Below, piece by piece: positions 1-8,575 of a stretch of 64,000 nucleotides of DNA. A program made the translations under genes and the position numbers. The stretch is from a virus, in IMG/VR virus record IMGVR_UViG_3300009158_000045, positions 1 through 64,000 of that record; one strand, 5' to 3'. Each line of letters opens with the position of its first letter. Positions within the stretch are counted from its first letter, which is position 1. Under the pieces are notes generated by a model, which saw only the letters and a program-made list of their open reading frames with translations, was not told where the DNA came from and did not search any database.

Positions 1-1
1 A

Positions 2-217
2 AAAGCAAAAAATGGTGTACATACTCAGGTCTCAGACCTAGTAGTTACACTTGACACTTCAAATAACGTAGCAGTTTCTGAATATGGAATTACATATTCA
101 AACGGAACAGAATTAGCAGCAGTAACTGCAGATTATTCTGGATCGGATGTAAGAATTAGAGTAACACCAGCAAACAATAACACAGAAGTTATGGTTGTTG
201 GAATACTAATTAAATAA
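2..217 (+). CDS. 3' end of a virion structural/fibre-associated protein (partial)
   Basis: Frame 2 is open from the window edge: KAKNGVHTQVSDLVVTLDTSNNVAVSEYGITY...VRIRVTPANNNTEVMVVGILIK*, stop TAA at 215-217. The beta-rich 'SEYG' C-terminal module resembles phage virion structural proteins. Confidence 0.6.
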   Translation, partial: KAKNGVHTQVSDLVVTLDTSNNVAVSEYGITYSNGTELAAVTADYSGSDVRIRVTPANNNTEVMVVGILIK

Positions 218-287
218 TTAAATAACGAGGTTACGGGGTTCCTTTTAAAAACCCCACCAAAAACAATTAGGGGATATGTGAACTTAA

Positions 288-644
288 ATGGCAACAGTAG
301 ATAAAAACTTTAGAGTTAAAAATGGTTTAAATGTAGCAGGTACTGCCACATTTGATACTGGTGTAGTCATTGGAAGTGCCCCAATTGCTTTTGATTCAAC
401 CACAGGCAGACTTAAGATCCAGGTAGATGGATCCTGGGTCTCTTTTGCACATACAGCTGATATTGTTGATCCAACATCAACAATTAACTTTATGGATATT
501 GGATTAGCTATAGACTATGATGGCAATCCCACATATATTGTCCAGGCAAATGGAGTATATCCATCTGGCACAAGTAAATTCGCAGACGGCGGAACCCCAA
601 CAACAACTAATTTTGATATGTACTTCGATCCAGGTACTATCTAA
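288..644 (+). CDS. small virion structural protein (fibre-associated), 118 aa
   Basis: ORF track. N-terminus MATVDKNFRVKNGL, G/T/D-rich, lies between fibre-like genes. Confidence 0.6.
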   Translation: MATVDKNFRVKNGLNVAGTATFDTGVVIGSAPIAFDSTTGRLKIQVDGSWVSFAHTADIVDPTSTINFMDIGLAIDYDGNPTYIVQANGVYPSGTSKFADGGTPTTTNFDMYFDPGTI

Positions 645-665
645 TAGCTTTGCATATGGATTAAA

Positions 666-674
666 TGCTATAAT
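666..674 (+). promoter_or_regulatory. extended -10 promoter (TGcTATAAT) upstream of fibre gene
   Basis: TGCTATAAT at 666-674, then GGGAG SD-like motif and ATG at 693. Confidence 0.5.
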
Positions 675-692
675 TTCTAAGGGAGAAATAAA

Positions 693-3572
693 ATGTCAAC
701 AGTAAGAATTCAAGTAAGAAGAGGAACAGCAGCTCAATGGACAGCAGCTAATCCAGTATTAGCAGCAGGTGAAATGGGATATGAAACAGATACATCCCAA
801 ATTAGAGTTGGCGATAACGTCAACACATGGAGCGCATTACCTGTAATAAATGAAACACAAGCAGGTTTTCAAAACGCTTTAGCGCAGTATGTAGAGATAT
901 CAGATAGAAATGTTGCAGACGGCGTAGCAGCATTAGATCCATCTGGCAACCTTTTGGTTCCTGGATCATCTATAATTATTGAGGGTGCGACAAATAATGC
1001 GTTTGAAACAACATTATCTGTAACAGACCCAACAGCAGACCGCACAATTATACTCCCAAATGCAAGCGGAACTGTAGCATTAACATCAGATATTGCAGAG
1101 CTAGCACAAGATTCTATCAACGATTCATTAGTTGCTGGAACTGGTATTACAAAAAGTTATGATGACGCAGCAAATACATTAACTGTTTCTGTAGACACAT
1201 CAGCCATTCAAGCCCGTGTAGCAAATATTTCAGATACAGAAATTGGATACCTAAATAATGTAAGCTCAAATATTCAGACACAATTAGATGCAAAATTTGC
1301 TTTAGCAAGTGCTAGCACTACAAATATTGCAGAAGGTACTAATTTATACTTTACAAATGAAAGAGCTCAAGATGCAGTAGGCACAATCATGGGTTCTGGA
1401 CTTACTTATAATGATGCAGGGGATACTATAGTTGTAGATACATCTGTAATTGCAACAAGAACTTTTGCACAAGATACGGTAAATACAGCAGTATCTGATC
1501 TAGTTTCAGCGGCACCAAGTACATTAAACACACTAAATGAGCTTGCAACGGCATTAGGAAATGATGCTTCATTTGCAACAACAGTTACTAATTCAATTGG
1601 AACAAAGTTGGCTTTATCAGGCGGAACCATGTCTGGTAACATATCACTTGGTGATAATAAAGTAATTAACTTAGCAGCACCAACTGCAGATAATGATGCA
1701 ACAAGAAAAATTTATGTTGACTCTGCATTAAGCTCTTCAATTGCTACTGAAGTTACAAATAGAGACTCAGCAATTGCATCTGCAATTGCTACTGAGGTAA
1801 TAAATAGAAACACAGCAATTTCAACTGAAACAACAAATAGAAATAGCGCAATAACAAGTTCAATTAATGGAGAAGCTACAAATAGAGACTTAGCAATTAC
1901 AAACCACGCAGCAGTTACTACATCAGTACATGGAATTGCTAATACTGCAGAGCTTGCAACCAAAGAATTTGCAGCAAGTCTTTTGACTGGAGCAACTAAA
2001 TCAAATATTGTTATAACAGGCGATAAAAATGGTTTAACTATAACATCAGAGAATGGTGTTTCTGATTCAACAACAGACAATTTGGCAGAAGGAACAACAA
2101 ACCTTTATCTTACAAATGAAAGAGTAGATGATCGTGTTGACGCACTTATTAGCGTATCAAGTGGATTAACAAAGACCTACAATGACTCAGCTGGGACACT
2201 TAATTTTGCCCCAGACACAACAGTATTAGCAACTCGCTCATTTGTAGACACTGCAAAAGCAGATGCAATTTCTACAGCAAATGGACAAGCAACAACTGCA
2301 ATAGCCACAGCAATTGGAACCGAAGTTACTGATAGAAATTCAGCAATTGGTACACACGCAGCAGTAACTACAACAATTCACGGAATTGCAAATACAGCAA
2401 ATCTTGTTGCTACAACAGATACTGGCTCAGTTACAAGTACAATGATTGCAGATGGAACAATTGTAAATGCAGATATTAATGCATCAGCTGCAATTGCATT
2501 AAGCAAACTTGCTACAGATCCATTAGCTCGTGCAAACCATACAGGGACTCAGCTATCCTCTACCATATCAGATTTCAATGAAGCAGCTCAAGATGCTATT
2601 GGTGGAATTCTTGGTTCTGGGCTTACATATAATGATGCTGGAAATGCAATAACAGTAAACTCCTCAGTAGTTCAATTAAGAGTAGCTAATGTTGATGATA
2701 CAGAAATTGGATACTTAGATGGTGTTACCTCAGCAATTCAAACACAAATAAGTGCAAAAGCACCACTTGCTTCTCCTGCACTTACTGGCTCACCAACAGC
2801 ACCAACAGCGGCAGCAGCAAATAATAGCACTCAGATAGCTACAACAGCTTATGCTGATCGGGCAGCATCCAATGCAGCTTCTGCATTGGTAGCAGCATCA
2901 CCAGCAGCACTTGATACTTTAAATGAGTTAGCAGCAGCTCTTGGCAACGATGCTTCATTCTCAACAACAATGACAAATGCTTTAGCAGCAAAAGCACCAC
3001 TTGCTTCCCCAACATTTACTGGTACAGTAACTCTTCCAACAGGAACGGTTACTTCAACAATGATTGCAGATGGAACAATTGTTGATGGAGACATAAATGC
3101 CTCAGCAGCAATTGCTCAGTCTAAGATTTCAGGACTTTCAGCAAGCCTTGGATTAAAGGCTAACCTTGCAGCACCATCATTTACTGGTGGAGTTACAGTT
3201 GATGCTTCTGGAGTAGTATTTACAGATGGAGTTCAAAACAAAGCAGGCGTTCCGTCTTTAACTCCAATAGGACCAACTACTTCAGCAAGTTGTACTCTTG
3301 ATGCACTTGGAACATCAGCAGCAAATAAAGATTCTATTCAAGCACTTTCTGGTGCAGTAGCTATAACTTTTGAAGCTACAGGAAATGCAAAATATTCAAT
3401 TGGTTCTTCTATAACTTTCTACCAGTCATCTGGAACAGGTGCAAACTTTGTTGAAAGCGGAATAACCCTATTAGCTACACCAGGAAAAACATTGAGAACA
3501 ACAAATTCATCAGTAACAATAACAAAGATTGCAGCAACAACTTGGTTGTTAGCTGGAGACTTGAAAGCATAA
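693..3572 (+). CDS. long fibre protein with Mtd_N-like N-terminus and phage fibre repeats, 959 aa
   Basis: N-terminus RIQVRRGTAAQWTAANPVLAAGEMGYETDT is Mtd_N/hyaluronidase-N type. Two 'APxxLxTLNELAxALGNDASF' motifs and 'KAPLASPALTGSPTAPT' fibre repeats. A/T/S-rich. Confidence 0.8.
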   Translation: MSTVRIQVRRGTAAQWTAANPVLAAGEMGYETDTSQIRVGDNVNTWSALPVINETQAGFQNALAQYVEISDRNVADGVAALDPSGNLLVPGSSIIIEGATNNAFETTLSVTDPTADRTIILPNASGTVALTSDIAELAQDSINDSLVAGTGITKSYDDAANTLTVSVDTSAIQARVANISDTEIGYLNNVSSNIQTQLDAKFALASASTTNIAEGTNLYFTNERAQDAVGTIMGSGLTYNDAGDTIVVDTSVIATRTFAQDTVNTAVSDLVSAAPSTLNTLNELATALGNDASFATTVTNSIGTKLALSGGTMSGNISLGDNKVINLAAPTADNDATRKIYVDSALSSSIATEVTNRDSAIASAIATEVINRNTAISTETTNRNSAITSSINGEATNRDLAITNHAAVTTSVHGIANTAELATKEFAASLLTGATKSNIVITGDKNGLTITSENGVSDSTTDNLAEGTTNLYLTNERVDDRVDALISVSSGLTKTYNDSAGTLNFAPDTTVLATRSFVDTAKADAISTANGQATTAIATAIGTEVTDRNSAIGTHAAVTTTIHGIANTANLVATTDTGSVTSTMIADGTIVNADINASAAIALSKLATDPLARANHTGTQLSSTISDFNEAAQDAIGGILGSGLTYNDAGNAITVNSSVVQLRVANVDDTEIGYLDGVTSAIQTQISAKAPLASPALTGSPTAPTAAAANNSTQIATTAYADRAASNAASALVAASPAALDTLNELAAALGNDASFSTTMTNALAAKAPLASPTFTGTVTLPTGTVTSTMIADGTIVDGDINASAAIAQSKISGLSASLGLKANLAAPSFTGGVTVDASGVVFTDGVQNKAGVPSLTPIGPTTSASCTLDALGTSAANKDSIQALSGAVAITFEATGNAKYSIGSSITFYQSSGTGANFVESGITLLATPGKTLRTTNSSVTITKIAATTWLLAGDLKA

Positions 3573-3592
3573 TTGAGAAATAGGAGAATAAT

Positions 3593-5074
3593 ATGTCAAA
3601 AAATATAGGTAGAAGAGCATCTGCTCAAGATAACTTTACGGGCCCAGAGCCAGTAACAAATGTCACAGCAACAGACGTAGGAACCGCCCGCCCATACGCA
3701 AGCGGTGCTATTCAGGTTTCTTGGACACCTCCAGCAAATATATCTAATATTCCAACAGGATATAAAGTATATAAAGCAGGAGTTTTGCAGGCTACAGTTG
3801 CCTATGGTACAAATACTGTACTTATAGAGGGCCTAGCGCCAGGATCTACCCATACGTACGCAGTTTCATCCTACGACTCTTATTATGATTCATCAGCAAA
3901 TGCTGTACAGGCTTCAAGCACACCAACTGTAACTACAGTTCCAGGTATACCTACTTCAATGTCTGTTACGTCATCTGTTAATGGAATTGACGTTTTATCA
4001 TGGGCTGAAGCAAATACTGGAGGAAAACCAATTACCTCTAGACGGTATGCATCAGTTAACGATAGCCCAACAAAAACTGGAACTGGCGCAAGCCCACAAA
4101 ATGTTACAAATGAGCCAGGAACAGCACAGAGCTATGATGTATTTTTAACAAATGCAAATGGAGAAGGTTTAGCAGGTCGAGTAGGCCCAGTTACAACATT
4201 CTTCGCACCGCCAGTATTCTTTGGTCCACCAGCGTTCTTTTCACCACCAGCGTTCTTTTCACCACCAGCGTTCTTTTCACCACCAGCGTTCTTTTCACCA
4301 CCAGCGTTCTTTTCACCACCAGCGTTCTTTAGCCCGCCAGTATTCTTCTCACCACCAGCGTTCTTTAGCCCGCCAGTATTCTTCTCACCACCAGCGTTCT
4401 TTAGCCCGCCAGTATTCTTCTCACCACCAGGGTTCTTTAGCCCGCCAGTATTTTTTGGTCCGCCAGTATTTTTTGGTCCGCCAGTATTCTTTAGCCCGCC
4501 AGTATTTTTTGGTCCGCCAGTATTTTTTGGTCCGCCAGTATTCTTTTCGCCACCAAGATTTTTTGGGCCACCACCATTTTCAATTGGACCAGAGACTCTT
4601 GTTCTAACAGAAAACGGATTGACAAGAGCAGAAAATATAGTTGTTGGAGATAAATTAAAATCTATCAATATACCTTCAATAACAGAAATGTTTGCAGATA
4701 AATCAAAACCATTAGACATATCTACTCTTGATCTTTTACCACAAGATGTACGTGATGCAGAAGAAGCATTCACAACTGTTACGGAAGTAAAAATTCATCA
4801 AAAAAATGATATCTTAATAATTAATGGAGAATATCTTACAGCATCACACGCTTTAGTTATTGCTCGAGGGGAAGACGTAAAATTTGTTACAGCCTCAGAA
4901 ATAGTTGAAGGAGATGCAATATGGTCACACAAAGAAAACACATTTGTCCATGTTGATTCTATATCTAGTCAAGAAGGCCTGTTTTACGTATACAGCTTAA
5001 TTCTAGATCCTCATCCATTCTATTTCACTGACAAAACGTTATCATTTGATAACACTACAGAAATATCAGAATAA
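3593..5074 (+). CDS. FN3-domain protein with 20x PPxFF(S/G) repeat and C-terminal Hint (intein-like) domain, 493 aa
   Basis: AGGAG SD. FN3 motifs (IQVSWTPP...GYKVY...IEGLAPGSTHTYAV) and a second degenerate FN3. Hexapeptide repeat at 4208-4567. Hint blocks SIGPETLV, LTASH and VYSLILDPHPFYF. Confidence 0.85.
   Translation: MSKNIGRRASAQDNFTGPEPVTNVTATDVGTARPYASGAIQVSWTPPANISNIPTGYKVYKAGVLQATVAYGTNTVLIEGLAPGSTHTYAVSSYDSYYDSSANAVQASSTPTVTTVPGIPTSMSVTSSVNGIDVLSWAEANTGGKPITSRRYASVNDSPTKTGTGASPQNVTNEPGTAQSYDVFLTNANGEGLAGRVGPVTTFFAPPVFFGPPAFFSPPAFFSPPAFFSPPAFFSPPAFFSPPAFFSPPVFFSPPAFFSPPVFFSPPAFFSPPVFFSPPGFFSPPVFFGPPVFFGPPVFFSPPVFFGPPVFFGPPVFFSPPRFFGPPPFSIGPETLVLTENGLTRAENIVVGDKLKSINIPSITEMFADKSKPLDISTLDLLPQDVRDAEEAFTTVTEVKIHQKNDILIINGEYLTASHALVIARGEDVKFVTASEIVEGDAIWSHKENTFVHVDSISSQEGLFYVYSLILDPHPFYFTDKTLSFDNTTEISE
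4208..4567 (+). repeat. 20 tandem 18-bp units encoding PP[AVGR]FF[SG]
   Basis: Counted directly: 360 bp. Units 2-6 are identical (CCACCAGCGTTCTTTTCA), followed by 36-bp and 54-bp higher-order repeats. Confidence 0.97.
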
Positions 5075-5078
5075 TATA

Positions 5079-5107
5079 TTGTATATTATTTAAGGTTATG
5101 GTATTAT
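5079..5107 (+). promoter_or_regulatory. sigma70/SigA-type promoter for the oxygenase cassette
   Basis: TTGTAT (5079-5084), 17-bp spacer, TATTAT (5102-5107), with TG extension. Confidence 0.5.
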
Positions 5108-5132
5108 ATACCTATAAGTAGAGTGGAACAAA

Positions 5133-5753
5133 ATGAATTCATACGAAATTGAAAAAGGCATATGGGTCTACCGTAATGCCTTGCCAGAGAGTCTTGATAT
5201 AATAAATAGACTTGAGTCATTGCTAGAAGACAAAAATAATTCATATTTTTGGAAGCCTTCAGTAGCGTCAGAAGACTATAGGTCAATAAAAAAAGATTAT
5301 CGTGACTGCTACGATTTTAAAATTAAAAAGGATCCAACAATTTTAAACAAAAATAAATATTGGCTTGAGGCCGATTCTATTTGGCAAGATTGTTATGATT
5401 CAATGATTAATCCAATCTCTGAGTATTCAAATAAATATAAAATCCAAATGAATTATATGGAAGCATTTAATTTTATTAAATATGGGCCAAATGAACATTT
5501 CTCTGAACACTCTGATCACGGCCACTCTTATGTCTGTACGCTTTCAGCAGTAGGATATTTTAATGATAATTACGATGGCGGAGAGCTATATTTTAATAAT
5601 TTTAATTTAAAAATTAAACCAGAAAAGGGAGACCTTTATCTATTTCCATCTACTTATTTATTTTCACACGCAGCCCTACCAGTAACCAACGGCACCAAAT
5701 ATTCTCTAGTCACGATGCTAGATTATAACGATCAATACCATAAAGGAAATTAA
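5133..5753 (+). CDS. 2OG-Fe(II) oxygenase, prolyl 4-hydroxylase-like
   Basis: HSD...YFNDNYDGGELYF...LFPS...H...GTKYS: HxD..H triad with Lys as the 2OG ligand. Confidence 0.9.
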   Translation: MNSYEIEKGIWVYRNALPESLDIINRLESLLEDKNNSYFWKPSVASEDYRSIKKDYRDCYDFKIKKDPTILNKNKYWLEADSIWQDCYDSMINPISEYSNKYKIQMNYMEAFNFIKYGPNEHFSEHSDHGHSYVCTLSAVGYFNDNYDGGELYFNNFNLKIKPEKGDLYLFPSTYLFSHAALPVTNGTKYSLVTMLDYNDQYHKGN

Positions 5754-5754
5754 A

Positions 5755-6420
5755 ATGTTACCAAATGCAGAATATCTAGCACCAGGAGTACTAGTCTATA
5801 GAAATGTATTTACAAAAGAGATGGACCTTATAAATAGACTTGAAGGAACACTTTCCGAAAATGCTTCAGAGCTACAGTGGAAACAAGCAATGACTGGGTA
5901 CGGAGATACAAATAAAAAATATCGTGATTGTTACGATTTTAAAATTAAGAAAAATGTCGATGATCCAACTGGCAAAAGTGAAGCTACACTTAAGCTTGAA
6001 AAGATTTGGGAAGATGCAAAAGAAGCTCAACTTGCGCCAGTAGAAGATTATAGAAGAATGTTTGGGCTTGCTCCATTAAACTATTGGGAGTCATTTAATT
6101 TTGTAAAGTATGGTCCAGACCAGCACTTTGATATTCACTCTGACCATGGATATTCTTACATCTGTGTATTATCTTCTGTTGGATACATTAACGATGACTA
6201 CGAAGGCGGAGAGCTATTTTTTGATAAGCTGGGTTTAAAGATTAAGCCAAAAGCTGGAGATCTATATCTCTTCCCGTCAGCCTATATTTACTCACATGCA
6301 GCGATGCCAGTTACATCTGGAACTAAATACTCAATAGTTACAATGCTAGATTATTTAGAAGCACCACATACTCCCGACTATCGTGAAATAGAAAAACGAT
6401 ATACAAAAGATTATCTATAA
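5755..6420 (+). CDS. 2OG-Fe(II) oxygenase, prolyl 4-hydroxylase-like (close paralog of 5133-5753)
   Basis: HSDHG...YINDDYEGGELFF...FPSAYIYSH...GTKYS. Shares YRDCYDFKIKK and FNFxKYGP with the previous ORF. Confidence 0.9.
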   Translation: MLPNAEYLAPGVLVYRNVFTKEMDLINRLEGTLSENASELQWKQAMTGYGDTNKKYRDCYDFKIKKNVDDPTGKSEATLKLEKIWEDAKEAQLAPVEDYRRMFGLAPLNYWESFNFVKYGPDQHFDIHSDHGYSYICVLSSVGYINDDYEGGELFFDKLGLKIKPKAGDLYLFPSAYIYSHAAMPVTSGTKYSIVTMLDYLEAPHTPDYREIEKRYTKDYL

Positions 6421-6435
6421 TCTAGAAATACTTTA

Positions 6436-7149
6436 ATGTATACAGTACATGCATACCCAATAGAAAAACATGTTGCAGACATTTGTCCATTATCTTTTAA
6501 AAGATCCTGGATGGATGAAACATATGAGGGACACGCATACCACTGTTTTCCAGTAACTTTAGCAAATTCTTTGGGATGGGGCGTGTCGTTTCCAGAAGAC
6601 ATATCTTTTATATGGGATGGAATAACCTCCCCAAACCAAAGTCACATTAAAATAGTTTCTGGAGAGAAGTACATCTCATTAGATAGATCTAATGCAACAA
6701 TAAGTTTAAATACTGGTATTGTTTTTAAGACAGAAAAAAATGTAAGCCTGCTTACAATGGGTGCGCCAAATGAATTTGTAGACGGGCTCTCACCATTTAC
6801 AACCATCATTAGTTCCTCATTTTTCCCAGGACAAATGCCTTGTGTTTTTAAGATAACAAAACCAAATGAATTAATTACTATTAAAGCTGGAACGGTACTG
6901 TTTTCAATAATACCAATATCTTTATCTGAAATGAATAACTCAAATTTAATTATTGAGGCACCTTCAAGCAAAATGGCATCTCTGTTTGATATGAATGAAT
7001 ATGATAAAAAGAAAAAAGAGATTATTTTTTCTGGAAAATGGACTGGATTTTATAGAAATGCAACGGACCATAATGGAAATAAAATTGGCGAACATGAAGT
7101 AAAAAAAATTATTTTTAATATTAAGGAAAATAATAATGAAAGAAATTAA
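6436..7149 (+). CDS. DUF6065-like protein
   Basis: KRSWMDETYEGHAYHCFPVTLANSLGW motif, characteristic of DUF6065 (recognised by eye). Confidence 0.7.
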   Translation: MYTVHAYPIEKHVADICPLSFKRSWMDETYEGHAYHCFPVTLANSLGWGVSFPEDISFIWDGITSPNQSHIKIVSGEKYISLDRSNATISLNTGIVFKTEKNVSLLTMGAPNEFVDGLSPFTTIISSSFFPGQMPCVFKITKPNELITIKAGTVLFSIIPISLSEMNNSNLIIEAPSSKMASLFDMNEYDKKKKEIIFSGKWTGFYRNATDHNGNKIGEHEVKKIIFNIKENNNERN

Positions 7150-7849
7150 AGTTTATAAAAGCAGTGAAAACTCAGCTAGCTTATCTCAGCTTCCAGTTAA
7201 AAGATCATGGATGGACGAAACAGTAGATGCACATGCCTATAGATGTTTCCCAGTAACATTAACAAATTCTTTAGGCTGGGGCCTGTCTTTTCCAGAAGAC
7301 ATATCTTTTATATGGGATGGAATCTCTGACACATCGGGCTCGCATGTAAGAATACTTGAAGGAGAAAAATATTGCTTTACAGAAAGAGCAAATGCAACCA
7401 TAAGTTTTAAAACAGGTCTAATATTTAAAACAGATTCATCCACCAGCCTGCTACAAATGCCAGTACCAAACATGTTTTGGGAAGGAGCACAAGCATTTAC
7501 AACAATTATTAGTACCTCATTTTTTAGCGGAGATTTGCCTTGTGCATGGAGAATTACCGTGCCAAATAAAATAATAACAATAAAAGCAAACCAGCCGTTT
7601 ATATCATTGCTGCCAGTATCCTTGTCAGAACTTCAGAATTCAGAAATGCAGTTCTCTGGCCCAGAAATATTAAAGGCTGTAGACTACACAGAGCAAGAAC
7701 ATTTACAAATTGTAAAAGAAACAGTTGATGAGGGCGGATGGACAAATTTTTATAGAGACGGTGTTGATCCTTTTGGGAAAAAAATTGGGGAACATGAAGT
7801 TAAATCAATTAGACTCAGGACAAAACAAATAGGAGAAAAAAATGAATAA
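7136..7849 (+). CDS. DUF6065-like protein (paralog)
   Basis: KRSWMDETVDAHAYRCFPVTLTNSLGWGLSFPEDISFIWDGI is near-identical to the N-terminus of the previous ORF. Confidence 0.7.
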   Translation: MKEIKVYKSSENSASLSQLPVKRSWMDETVDAHAYRCFPVTLTNSLGWGLSFPEDISFIWDGISDTSGSHVRILEGEKYCFTERANATISFKTGLIFKTDSSTSLLQMPVPNMFWEGAQAFTTIISTSFFSGDLPCAWRITVPNKIITIKANQPFISLLPVSLSELQNSEMQFSGPEILKAVDYTEQEHLQIVKETVDEGGWTNFYRDGVDPFGKKIGEHEVKSIRLRTKQIGEKNE

Positions 7850-8567
7850 AATAATATTCCACGCCAATAGGCTATACAACAAGACTGCAGAAAAATTTAG
7901 ACCAGTAGTTGCTAAATCTTATGTACCAAAATGGTATTCAAATGCAGATCGATATGAAAAAAATATGGCTACTGGGGAATATTATTTAAATAATGAGGGA
8001 GGAAAGCTATTATCATTTAAAGCTTGCCCAGCAATGCTAGACTTATTTACATCAGGATATCTGTATGTGACTCCATGCGATTTAACGTTTTTTAAAAAAA
8101 CAGATGGAACAATGGACGTTAAAACAGAATTAGGTTTTGAAGATTTTTGTGGAGCAAGACCCGCAATGCCAAATTTTCAAGTACCAGAGGGATACGGTAG
8201 CTCTCATTTTCATTGGTATCCGAACTGGGCCCCACAGCTGCCTCAAGGGTACAGCGCACTGTATGTTAGCCCATTAAACAGATTTGAATTACCATTTATA
8301 ACTACTGCTGGTATAATAGATAATGACAAGATGGATACACCAGGACTTGTTCCATTTTTCTTAAGGAATGGATTTGAGGGCGTATTACCAGCGGGCACAC
8401 CCTATTTACAGATACTTCCATTTAAAAGAGAAGACTGGCAAATGGATTTTAAATTTTACGAGTATGGTGACATTATAAAAAGACACAATGCTCAGGCAGA
8501 ACTTTATAGAACAAAAGATGGTGGTTCTTACAAAAAGAACACATGGTCAAGAAAGAAATACGAATAG
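7842..8567 (+). CDS. oxygenase-cluster-associated protein, distant DUF6065/dUTPase-like beta fold
   Basis: PKWY...KACPAMLDLFTSGY...SPLNRFELPF...GIIDND...AGTPYLQILPFKREDW motif set, typical of proteins found beside phage 2OG oxygenases. Confidence 0.55.
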   Translation: MNKIIFHANRLYNKTAEKFRPVVAKSYVPKWYSNADRYEKNMATGEYYLNNEGGKLLSFKACPAMLDLFTSGYLYVTPCDLTFFKKTDGTMDVKTELGFEDFCGARPAMPNFQVPEGYGSSHFHWYPNWAPQLPQGYSALYVSPLNRFELPFITTAGIIDNDKMDTPGLVPFFLRNGFEGVLPAGTPYLQILPFKREDWQMDFKFYEYGDIIKRHNAQAELYRTKDGGSYKKNTWSRKKYE

Positions 8568-8575
8568 GAGCTAAA

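Noticed and set aside
235-255. GGGGTT-N9-AACCCC hairpin upstream of ORF 288
   Set aside because: Short stem, long loop and no downstream U-tract on the + strand, so too weak to call a terminator.
869-3094. Numerous minus-strand ORFs opposite fibre, capsid, tape-measure and dnaE genes (here and throughout the window)
   Set aside because: They are antisense shadows of codon-biased + strand genes, with no recognisable motifs or translation signals.
4208-4567. Possible CRISPR array or DGR template/variable repeat
   Set aside because: Units are contiguous 18-mers with no unique spacers. No reverse transcriptase or adenine-specific TR/VR pair was seen.
4132-4773. Minus-strand 213-aa ORF (GGEKNA repeats) and +-strand 128-aa ORF at 4221-4607 (HHQRSF repeats)
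   Set aside because: These are shadow frames kept open only because the 18-bp repeat lacks stops. There is no SD or domain context, and only the PPxFF frame joins the FN3 and Hint domains.
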